Shown: one piece after another, positions 12,169 through 21,089 of the stretch
Layout of the letters: every line of letters starts with the position of its first letter
How positions within the stretch are numbered: position 1 is the stretch's first letter
Source of the DNA: a virus
Taxonomy: Duplodnaviria; Caudoviricetes
IMG/VR virus record: IMGVR_UViG_3300033067_001185
Coordinates: 1-35,747 of that record
DNA length: 35,747 nt
Direction: 5' to 3' (one strand)
Made by a program: the position numbers and the translations under genes
Notes under the pieces: model-generated
The model's input: the letters and a program-made list of their open reading frames with translations, nothing else
The model's database searches: none
Told to the model about the DNA's origin: nothing

Positions 12169-15100
12169 CAGTATTCTCCTTTCCAATACTCTTCAAAGGA
12201 CTGCGAATGTTTCTTAGTCGTGCCATACCTAGCACCAACCAACCACTGCCAAGCATTATCTGGGTTTTCTTCCTCAGTACCAACGTCATGAGCGAATCTC
12301 ATAATCCGCCCAGCCTGCAAAGGCATCAACCCAGTCATAGCTCCCACAAAGAACGCGCTGTCTTGCAGGAACTTTCCTCGGTTGGATTCATCAAACGCAT
12401 CTTCCTTGTGAATATCTCGCCACCAATTCGTGGTCGCCTGATACGCTGTACCAGTCAGACCAAACTGCGGATCGCGGCCAGATACCAATCCGTGGGTCAT
12501 ATCACGAACACCGACCCAACTGGACCCAAGAGTAAACGCCAATTGAATCGCAGCTTTCTTGGCCCAAGGATCGTCTTCATCGTGGACCTCTGGCGAGACC
12601 ATACTTTCCACAATCGCTGGCCAGATCACATAGGCAAACGCACCACCAGCTACGATCTTGCTCCAAGCCAATCCCTTCGCCAGCGACCCGCCGTCAGTCA
12701 ACTTTGCAGCTTCGCCAGCCCGCCAAATGGTTTCCACCTGCCGATTCATAATCTCAGACCAGAAGTTATACACCGCAGTCAGCCACGGAGTGACGTTCCG
12801 TTGAATGGCCGTGCGATTGGTACTAGCCGTGGACCCATGTGCCCTGCGGACAGACCTATCTGCCTCAAACACCGCATCGCCATGACTAGCTCCGTTCTCA
12901 ATCTCTTCATGATACTTCGCCAGCCATGTCGGCACAGCAGACATCATATCCGACAGCGCTACTGGTTTTGATCCCCATTCCATAATCCGCTGCCGCCAAG
13001 GCGCGTACTTATCGCCCGGGGTCAACCCTGCCTCAACGCCATAAAGGCTCTCCTGCCAATTCCTATCCCTGCGCTGAAGTTCAAGCGAATTATCAACTGC
13101 AAACTTCCAAGCAGTCTCGGCAGTTTCACTGTTGAGGTTGAACAACCCCTTGACCCAATGCGCGAACTTCTCAGAATTGACCCCAAAGAATTTCGGGATA
13201 AAGTCCCCAGCACCGATTTCTTTCATAGACAACCCAAACGCTGTCGGGCCGTGCTTCATAACCGTTCCGGGGTTGAACCCGATCAATGTTGAAATCATAT
13301 TCTGGCGAATGAATTCACTTGCCACAGATATCGCCTGCTGATTCTTAGGGATGTAATTCTGTGAATTCGCAATCGACCGGAGCCAATCCAAAAGCCCATC
13401 ACGATATTCTGCGCCAAAGTGCTTGTAGATCGCATCACGAATTTCTTTATCCCTAAACACTTTCGTGGCATTAATCAACGCTTCTCTCGTTGCTGTATTA
13501 TGAATCTCCTGAGCCATTCGATTCGTCATCATATCCAGATCAAGCGACAACGGTCCGACATACCCAGTACGGTCCTTAGTATGCGCAGCATTCGGCAGGG
13601 TATTCGTGTAGTTATCAAAGAACAACGGGTCCTTGCCCATGAGCTTCTTTGACGTACCTTCAAACTCCGGATGAGCGATGATCGGATAGTACCCACCTTC
13701 GGCAACTTGCCTGCCCTGCAAATCTAGTACCGGCCGCACAGGTATCGACTTCGGCGCAATGCCCGACGCATGACGATACATTCTATCCGAATTATCTTTT
13801 AGCTCCTTAAATATATCCCAGATGCCTTGGACAAAATCCCACTCATCTGGCCGAGCGTGTTTGAATACCCACTCTGCAACTTCAGGGACCTGTAGTCCAT
13901 GGCCCTCAGCAATCCGCTTCATATTATAATCATTACCCATGTTAAGCATAACCGTCAGCAGATTCTTTCGCGTAAACGGTATAGCATCACCAGTCGCTGG
14001 GTTCCGGAACAGATTGTTCTCAATGGTCCGGTCGATGCCTTCTGGCGTACCTAGAGCCTTGATCTTCTTTGCGACTGTCGATCGCATAACATCGGATTCA
14101 TTCACCGAATTGATCAAATCTCTTAGAACATATTGCGTCCAAGTTCCCTTGGAATCAAAGCTATCCCAACGACCGAAGATATTCTCCATCTGAAGATGGT
14201 TGACGAAGTACGTCATCGGCAGCTTGCTGATCTTTCGTAGATGCGTAGCGGTTTCGCCAAAGGCAGAATCAACCACTCCTTGGATTAGCTTCTCTCTAAT
14301 CTCCACAAAGTCAGCTTCCTTACCAGCAGAATAAAGTTTTTTCTCACTCCGTCCATTGTGTACCAACGTATCTATCGAAGCCTTTACTGCACGGAAGTCT
14401 TCAACCGAAAGCTCGCCGCGTTCCTTAGCCCAGCTTGGGTCAAACAACTGTTCCCAAACATCCATCACTCGGCCGTCACCTTGCTTGGACGCCACAAAGC
14501 TTTCGAGGTTCTTACCCGACTCGCCAGCCGCAATCTCCTTTGCGATATCCGCCGGAGTACGATTTATCTTATACCCAATTCGCTGAAGGATATCGTGGAT
14601 ATGGTTATTATATTCCGCATCAACACTCGGCACTTCGCGTTTACGGAATTGCTTAGCTGTTCTGTCCAAGCTAGCAATGTCCTTTTCCAACTTCATGGCC
14701 TGTGCCGCCATCAAGCCAGTAAGATACTTCCGCTCCATCGCCCGTACCGCATCGGCAGGCTTCCCGGCGATTAGCGTCCGCTCGGCATCCCGTCCAAGCT
14801 TGAGCATCTGTGACATCAACCGAGACCTATCCACCTCGCCAGCTGCCATCTTAGAGAACATCTGCTCAGCAACCTGCTTCGCAAAGTCCTTATCCACCAC
14901 CTCGATCCCGGCCTGCATCGCCGCACCCTGCCACTCCTCCGCGAGGATATTCAGGTTTGTCTCGCTTAGCGCTTGATCCCGCGCCTCCAGCATAATATTC
15001 TCATCAAGCTTCCCGTACTGGGCTTCCATTTGACGCTGGACTTCATCCTCAGTCACCTTCTTAAGTTGCTCCAACGGCGTCCGACCTTCTTTCGCCGCGT

Positions 15101-17933
15101 TGTATTCTGACAGGGTCCGGACGAATTCATCGCCAGAATGGAACCCAAGGAGATTCGCAACGGCATCAACCGGCAGGCCTTCCTTGGAATAGTAATGCCT
15201 CGGAAGCCCAGCCTTCTGTTCCTCAGTCAGGTCCTCAGCCCGCAGCGGATATCTCCGCTTTTCCAGCTGATTTCCATTGATCTGGCCCTGACCCACAAAG
15301 AGGTCCGCCATCACATCCGGGCGCTGTTGGATATTTTCCTCTACCCCTTTCCGAATCTCCTTCGCGTTCTCCTTCCATTCCTTGGTTTGTTCCTTTTTCT
15401 GTATCTTCTCGGCCCGAGCCTGTGCTGCGTTCAGGTCCTCGGCAAACCGATCTTGGATCAGCGTCTGCATTTTCTTCCAAGACTTTAGGTCAAGGCCAGC
15501 CGCCTCGGCCCGGAGATTGTCGAGTTTGACTTGGTAGTCTTCGGGGGAGAGGGAGAACTTAGGCCCAGCCCCCTCTGCCTCAATTCCAGCCCGCTTCCCA
15601 ATCTCCCCACTATCTACCTTCTCAAACAACTCATGCACATCCCCGCCCCACGGAAGAATCTCCTTGACTCGTTCCTTGATTGCTTCCAGTAAATCATGAA
15701 TCTTCTGGAAGGCCATTCTCACCAGTGAATCCGGATGCGAGACCTTGTCCTTGGTCGAAGCCCATTCCCGATATGCCTCGGCAATGGCTTCCTCGTGCAT
15801 GCTCAGATCATCCAGCCCCATCCCGCTGTAGCGCTTATCGATCCCATATCGCTCTCGCCATTTGTTCTCCTCCGAGGCCTTGAGCAACGCGCTCCATTCG
15901 GCATCGGTAAACAGCCCTGAGTGGTACAGATGATGAATCGCCTCATGCCGAGCGATCCCCACTGCCTCCGGGTCCATAAGATCAAACAGAATCTTCGGGA
16001 GGGTCTTTTCCCCGCCAAGGTACACCCCACGGAAATCGCCGGGGATGGATTCATGTTCAATCCCATGTGTGGCTATGGCCTCTGCCGATCCACCAGTCAT
16101 TCGCCGGATCACATCCTGAACGGCATTGTTAATCAAATGCTCGTTTTCCAACCACATCCGCTTGGGGATCATATGCGCGGAGATGCCTTGGGAGAACTGC
16201 TGGGTGTAGAGTCCATCGAGAAGTTGGCCGAGGTGGGCATCTTCCGGAGCATCGAGTGAAAGCTTCACCACTGGATGATCGGTAGGATTCCGTTGGTCTA
16301 AATTCTCATTAAACCATTTATCCGCATACCGAGCCCCTGTGACTCGATGTCCAGTGATCGTCTCGTATTCCGGATAAAGTTCTTTCAGTTGTCGCTTAAG
16401 ATCACGAATCAAACTTGGCCCAAAGCTATTCGAATACAACCCTGCTTTGCCGCCAATCATCCCAATATAAAGCTGTTTCTTTGCTTCGTCAGGGTAAAGT
16501 TCAAGGAAACCTACATCGTTTCCATCCTGATCAAGAAATTTATATTCATGGCGCTCCAAGCCAACTGCATCAGTTTCCTTTAAACTAGGCTCAAGCGTCA
16601 GCTTCCTATCCCCAATAGCAAACATCGGCTCAAGCCCATTCGCTCGGACCTTTGCCATTGGCGAATCCACAACCGGCTTCTGTTCTAGTTTCTCGATCGC
16701 TTCGGTCTTGGTGATCCCACCGGGCCAAGCCTTGATGTCATCTTTCAATTCCTTGGCCAATGCCGGGTCAACCTTGCTAAACCAATCCGCCAGAGGAATA
16801 TGAACTCCATTCCCAGTCGCCCGGGCTGCTTCAAGCTTAGCTTCAATCCCCGGAACCCAGCCAAGAAGGTTATCATCTGGCATTGGGGTCTTATCCCCAT
16901 ACAACTTCGCAACACGATCCCCATCAATCTCAATCATAGAATCCTTGGCTATATCCTTGGCCAAGCTTTCAAACAATTCTATTCCAATATCCCGTGTCTC
17001 GGACTTGCTTGCTTTCTCTAAGACATCCCGCAACCGATCGACAAACAAACTATTCATCTGTTCCTTGGCTTGGTCAATCAGCGGATGCACTCCACGCGGA
17101 GGCTCCAACCCAGCATCAAGCCATTCCTTCGCAGCTTCATGGACCTCGAGCATCTGCTGGGCCAGCCGCTGCTTTGCTTGGGTATATTCCTTAACCTGTT
17201 TAGAAATATCCCCAGTATCCTTCATCCGAAGGAAATTTCCATCATTGACTTTGGTTGGCAGTTCATGACTACCAGCCCGACCCATTTCGGACTCAACAAT
17301 CCCACGAGCCTCGCGTTCTGCCGAGGCCTGTGCAGATTCATCATACCCAAAGTCCTTGGCCAAGGTAGCCGCAAACTTCCCTGCGCCTTTAAATGTAGCT
17401 TCGGCAGCAGCATTCATAAGCCTAACAGGAATCGACAGACCCTGCCAAGCTACCCAAGACGACAAGGATCGATTGTAAAGTTCATCAAACCAATCCTGCC
17501 GATGCAGTGGTGCAGTGAAGCCTTCCTTAAAGCCTTCCAAAGCCCCAACCAACCCAGACTTAACCGGATCGCGATCCGAGACAAAATCATGAATTTGCTT
17601 AAGGATACTAGCCCCTCGCGTGAAATCATCAAGGTTCCCCCAATCATTCGCAGAAACCTGCCCTGCCATAGGGTTGCCATTAATATACGCCATCAAATGT
17701 GGATTGCGACTGACGATATCCGTCGCCAGATCGGCCTTATGACCTTGTTCAAAATTCTCCGGATTCAGCGCAACAACCGATGGGTCTGTGCCAGTCGCCC
17801 GAGACAGCTGCAATATCTTCGCGCTGGCTTCGGGCTTTTGATCTAGCCCACCAACAACTCGGCTAAGGGCACTGGATTGCCAGTTCCCTACAGCAGACGC
17901 AGGATCGAAATCTTCGGCGAGTTCTTCAGCCAT
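12168..17933 (-). CDS. Large internal virion / DNA ejection protein (1921 aa)
   Basis: Size and position as last of three ejection genes; helical; contains HEAIH...EEAIAE zincin-like motif. Confidence 0.75.
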   Translation of the reverse strand: MAEELAEDFDPASAVGNWQSSALSRVVGGLDQKPEASAKILQLSRATGTDPSVVALNPENFEQGHKADLATDIVSRNPHLMAYINGNPMAGQVSANDWGNLDDFTRGASILKQIHDFVSDRDPVKSGLVGALEGFKEGFTAPLHRQDWFDELYNRSLSSWVAWQGLSIPVRLMNAAAEATFKGAGKFAATLAKDFGYDESAQASAEREARGIVESEMGRAGSHELPTKVNDGNFLRMKDTGDISKQVKEYTQAKQRLAQQMLEVHEAAKEWLDAGLEPPRGVHPLIDQAKEQMNSLFVDRLRDVLEKASKSETRDIGIELFESLAKDIAKDSMIEIDGDRVAKLYGDKTPMPDDNLLGWVPGIEAKLEAARATGNGVHIPLADWFSKVDPALAKELKDDIKAWPGGITKTEAIEKLEQKPVVDSPMAKVRANGLEPMFAIGDRKLTLEPSLKETDAVGLERHEYKFLDQDGNDVGFLELYPDEAKKQLYIGMIGGKAGLYSNSFGPSLIRDLKRQLKELYPEYETITGHRVTGARYADKWFNENLDQRNPTDHPVVKLSLDAPEDAHLGQLLDGLYTQQFSQGISAHMIPKRMWLENEHLINNAVQDVIRRMTGGSAEAIATHGIEHESIPGDFRGVYLGGEKTLPKILFDLMDPEAVGIARHEAIHHLYHSGLFTDAEWSALLKASEENKWRERYGIDKRYSGMGLDDLSMHEEAIAEAYREWASTKDKVSHPDSLVRMAFQKIHDLLEAIKERVKEILPWGGDVHELFEKVDSGEIGKRAGIEAEGAGPKFSLSPEDYQVKLDNLRAEAAGLDLKSWKKMQTLIQDRFAEDLNAAQARAEKIQKKEQTKEWKENAKEIRKGVEENIQQRPDVMADLFVGQGQINGNQLEKRRYPLRAEDLTEEQKAGLPRHYYSKEGLPVDAVANLLGFHSGDEFVRTLSEYNAAKEGRTPLEQLKKVTEDEVQRQMEAQYGKLDENIMLEARDQALSETNLNILAEEWQGAAMQAGIEVVDKDFAKQVAEQMFSKMAAGEVDRSRLMSQMLKLGRDAERTLIAGKPADAVRAMERKYLTGLMAAQAMKLEKDIASLDRTAKQFRKREVPSVDAEYNNHIHDILQRIGYKINRTPADIAKEIAAGESGKNLESFVASKQGDGRVMDVWEQLFDPSWAKERGELSVEDFRAVKASIDTLVHNGRSEKKLYSAGKEADFVEIREKLIQGVVDSAFGETATHLRKISKLPMTYFVNHLQMENIFGRWDSFDSKGTWTQYVLRDLINSVNESDVMRSTVAKKIKALGTPEGIDRTIENNLFRNPATGDAIPFTRKNLLTVMLNMGNDYNMKRIAEGHGLQVPEVAEWVFKHARPDEWDFVQGIWDIFKELKDNSDRMYRHASGIAPKSIPVRPVLDLQGRQVAEGGYYPIIAHPEFEGTSKKLMGKDPLFFDNYTNTLPNAAHTKDRTGYVGPLSLDLDMMTNRMAQEIHNTATREALINATKVFRDKEIRDAIYKHFGAEYRDGLLDWLRSIANSQNYIPKNQQAISVASEFIRQNMISTLIGFNPGTVMKHGPTAFGLSMKEIGAGDFIPKFFGVNSEKFAHWVKGLFNLNSETAETAWKFAVDNSLELQRRDRNWQESLYGVEAGLTPGDKYAPWRQRIMEWGSKPVALSDMMSAVPTWLAKYHEEIENGASHGDAVFEADRSVRRAHGSTASTNRTAIQRNVTPWLTAVYNFWSEIMNRQVETIWRAGEAAKLTDGGSLAKGLAWSKIVAGGAFAYVIWPAIVESMVSPEVHDEDDPWAKKAAIQLAFTLGSSWVGVRDMTHGLVSGRDPQFGLTGTAYQATTNWWRDIHKEDAFDESNRGKFLQDSAFFVGAMTGLMPLQAGRIMRFAHDVGTEEENPDNAWQWLVGARYGTTKKHSQSFEEYWKGEY

Positions 17934-20092
17934 TATTCAGATTCCCTACGGTTCGGCATTTGCGGGGCTTTGGTAGATTTACCATACGTCTTGGTGTATA
18001 GCTTCGCGGCGTAGACTTGCTGAATCTGCTTCGCCGTCGGCTGTAGCCCCGGGTTGTCTTTTTGAATCTCAGCAATAATCCCGGGGATTTTGCTCGTCGG
18101 CACAGGAACCTTGGTCGGGATATCCGATCCTTTCCAGAAATTCCCAAACACCGTTCCAGGGTGGCTGATCTTGGTCAACAGGTTCTGGCCGATAGCCCGA
18201 ATCTCATCAGGCGTAATAGGCTTCTTGGTTTCTGTCATCTGTTGTTCAATCAGCAACTTCGCGGTGCCAATAAATTTATAATACTCATCTTTGTTCTTGC
18301 TCTTATTGATCTTCACTCGATCCATAGTATCGCCAAGCTCGTTCAACACCTTTTCCACCGTAGTGTCTTTATACGAGGCCTTCAATGCCTTTCGTTGTAG
18401 ATCAACCAGCTGATCGATCTGATGGTGAGGCAATGGCAGAGTCTGGGGATCAATCTTCCAGATGCCCTTGGCATCTTCATCAGACTTTCTCGAATCGAGA
18501 ATCTGTCCAACGTACTTCTGGAACATAGCCTGATTCTCAGGTGTCTCAGTGTATCCGCCAATCGCATTCTGCGTCAACCTCGCCCGGAACTTTTCCTTGT
18601 CTACATTCGTGAGCCTGTCCCAAGCCTGTGCAACTTTAAGATCGTTGAAGTCTATCTGTGTCGGCAGCTTCCCATCCGGCGCAGGAGCCAACGCTTGATT
18701 GATCGTATTCAACGAATCAACCCGCTGCTCTCGTTGAATCTGCATATCAGCAGCATGATCCGTACGGACCTTATGCGAAAACACATCTTCGAATTCTAAA
18801 TCTCCGGGGGCAATTGATTTCGATACCCGGCGAGCTACGTTATCAACCTCTTCCACAGAAGCATTCTGCGCCAGCTTCCTGCCGACCTTTTGCATATATT
18901 GGGCTTCGGTTTCGCCGGAGGCAAGGTCCTTACCACCAAGCCCTCGCCAGCGCTTGATAGCTTCATTCGCAGTCCCATTCTGCGTTTGATATTGATTAAA
19001 CTTAAACCAAGCAAGATCGTCCTGTGCCTTGGGATTGGCCAAGAATTCCTGTTCGGTCATTGGCTTCATCCCAGCTTCCTTAAGCCAAGGCTGAAGATTC
19101 GATTGCATAATCCCATAAGCCCCAAGGCCGTGTTCGGTAACGGTCTCGCCATTGACCTTATGAGTAACATCCGGATGAATCTGATTGTAGTTATCAGAAC
19201 TCTCAACTCCACGAAGCGCGGACAAAGCTCGAGTTCTAGACAAGGTTCCTTGGCCCCAAGCATCGCTATCGCCAGACATCAACTTGGCAGTTTCAATCCG
19301 GGTTGATACATTCAAGTTCTGGGTACGAAGGAACCTTGCCGCACGACCGGCCTGCTCAGAATTGATAATCCCTCCTTTCATTGCTTGATCTAGAAACTTC
19401 TGTGCTGCCCTAGGCTGTTCTAGCCCAAGCGCAGTTGCTCGCTTGAAGACCAAGCCAGATTTCATATCCTTGATCTTTTGGTCAGTCTCAACGTCAGAAA
19501 GCCCACCGACAGTTTGGATCATTGATCGGCTGCCGTCGATTTCCTTAATCGCCGCTCGATAAGAATTCTCATCGGCAGGTGAATTAGCTGACCCATCAAT
19601 AAACGATTGAATCTTAGCGGTCTGAGCGCCTACAATGAATTTCTTGTTCTGATCGCCCATATGGGCCGCAGCCGAGAACACCGACCGAGCTTGGATGCTC
19701 CGAGACTCTTGGAGATAAGTCTTTCGAGCATATTCCGAAGTCAGGCCGTTACCAATGGACTCGCGAGTGGAATTTAGATCGTCAATATATGGCTGATATC
19801 CCTTGACCGCAGCATTTCCTTCAAGGCTTCGGTAGTTCGCATACTTCTCGCCCATCGCGGTGGTGAACTTCGCAACCGCCTCGGCAGCTTCCGCCTGCTG
19901 ATTAAGCTGCTGCATCGCAATGGCCCGGGCGTAGAGCTCATTCCCGGTCTTGTCAAACGCCCCACCCAGCCGCTGGGTTGCCTCAGCCGTCGCCCCACCG
20001 AACGCAGCCAGCGGCGTGTCGATGTGCTCATACGGCGTCCCGCTCTGCTCCGGGGTGACTGTCGGAGCGCCAGTGTAAGGTACCTGTGCCAT
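17933..20092 (-). CDS. Ejection protein with lysozyme/transglycosylase-like domain
   Basis: GVESSDNY...GLGAYGIM motif; TAATG coupling. Confidence 0.7.
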   Translation of the reverse strand: MAQVPYTGAPTVTPEQSGTPYEHIDTPLAAFGGATAEATQRLGGAFDKTGNELYARAIAMQQLNQQAEAAEAVAKFTTAMGEKYANYRSLEGNAAVKGYQPYIDDLNSTRESIGNGLTSEYARKTYLQESRSIQARSVFSAAAHMGDQNKKFIVGAQTAKIQSFIDGSANSPADENSYRAAIKEIDGSRSMIQTVGGLSDVETDQKIKDMKSGLVFKRATALGLEQPRAAQKFLDQAMKGGIINSEQAGRAARFLRTQNLNVSTRIETAKLMSGDSDAWGQGTLSRTRALSALRGVESSDNYNQIHPDVTHKVNGETVTEHGLGAYGIMQSNLQPWLKEAGMKPMTEQEFLANPKAQDDLAWFKFNQYQTQNGTANEAIKRWRGLGGKDLASGETEAQYMQKVGRKLAQNASVEEVDNVARRVSKSIAPGDLEFEDVFSHKVRTDHAADMQIQREQRVDSLNTINQALAPAPDGKLPTQIDFNDLKVAQAWDRLTNVDKEKFRARLTQNAIGGYTETPENQAMFQKYVGQILDSRKSDEDAKGIWKIDPQTLPLPHHQIDQLVDLQRKALKASYKDTTVEKVLNELGDTMDRVKINKSKNKDEYYKFIGTAKLLIEQQMTETKKPITPDEIRAIGQNLLTKISHPGTVFGNFWKGSDIPTKVPVPTSKIPGIIAEIQKDNPGLQPTAKQIQQVYAAKLYTKTYGKSTKAPQMPNRRESE

Positions 20093-20697
20093 TACCGTCC
20101 AAGGCTCCATTCAGTAAGAGGATCAGGCCCGGGATTGGCGCTGCTGCCAGCGGTTCCGCCCCAGAGGCCCATCGTCTGGCCCTGTAGCCACTTGCTCGCA
20201 ACCGATCCAACCCCGCCGACGATCGAGCTCGCAACGTTGATCGCCCCAGCTTCCTTGGCATTGGCCGATGCCGAGTCATACATCTTCCCTTGAGTCCCAA
20301 ACTGCGCCGCCTGAACATCGTAGTTATACGCAGTCTTCGCAGCGTTCGCCCGGATGGTATCCATATCCATTCGCGAGACTATATGCTGGGAATCGGCCAC
20401 GGACTTAGCCGAGCCGGAGTTCACATCCAGCCCCGAGGCTCCCTGCCCTGCCCTGATCTGCCCTGCCTGTTGCCGGGCTCCCATGCCATACTTCTGGGCC
20501 TGACCTTCGCCTTGGTCTCGGGCATAATCCGCATTCTGCAATGCGATCTGTTGATTAAGCCTCGCCACCGCAGCTTGGTAGCCATACATCTGGCCTTGGG
20601 CCGATGCACTCGACGCTGCGCCAGCCGCACTCAACCCAGTGCCTACCACCGAGGAGCCAATGCTGATTGCAGCTAATGAGATTGGATCAGCCATCAA
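20092..20697 (-). CDS. Small ejection protein (internal virion protein B-like)
   Basis: Ala/Gly/Gln-rich, hydrophobic N-terminus, GASGLDVNSGS motif. Confidence 0.7.
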   Translation of the reverse strand: MMADPISLAAISIGSSVVGTGLSAAGAASSASAQGQMYGYQAAVARLNQQIALQNADYARDQGEGQAQKYGMGARQQAGQIRAGQGASGLDVNSGSAKSVADSQHIVSRMDMDTIRANAAKTAYNYDVQAAQFGTQGKMYDSASANAKEAGAINVASSIVGGVGSVASKWLQGQTMGLWGGTAGSSANPGPDPLTEWSLGR

Positions 20698-21089
20698 ACC
20701 CTCCGAATTTCAAATTCTTTGTCATTGACAAAGACCGCGCCTAGAGTCCGAAGCCAAACCTTCGAGGCTTCAGAGAAGCAAATCCCAAACAGCCGAGGGT
20801 AGACTTCCAGCGCCCGGCGAACTACCTTAAGCGCATGCCGAGCAAAGACCAGCTTATGATCAGCCCCAGCTTCGGTGACATGGACCCAGATATACGCCGA
20901 TTCCGAAAGCATACTCATTGGGATGAACCCAACAAGGCAGAGAATCTTAGAGTCATAGACCCCAACAAGGATCGGCTCAGAGACCCTAGCCGCCAGCCAA
21001 AGCCGATGCCGCTCGAGTTCGCCGAAGTCTAGGTCCGAGATGACCTCCAAGGCCTGGTCCAGACTCAACTGGTAAACCTTCCCGTTCAT
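20694..21089 (-). CDS. GNAT-fold internal virion protein A-like protein
   Basis: ATG 21089 in ATGA overlap with the nozzle stop; WLRTLGAVF C-terminal motif; position after nozzle. Confidence 0.6.
   Translation of the reverse strand: MNGKVYQLSLDQALEVISDLDFGELERHRLWLAARVSEPILVGVYDSKILCLVGFIPMSMLSESAYIWVHVTEAGADHKLVFARHALKVVRRALEVYPRLFGICFSEASKVWLRTLGAVFVNDKEFEIRRV

Noticed and set aside
12207-19306. Many alternative-frame and antisense ORFs in the ejection genes
   Set aside because: Background there is already T/G3-rich, so no contrast is visible; SDs are unconvincing
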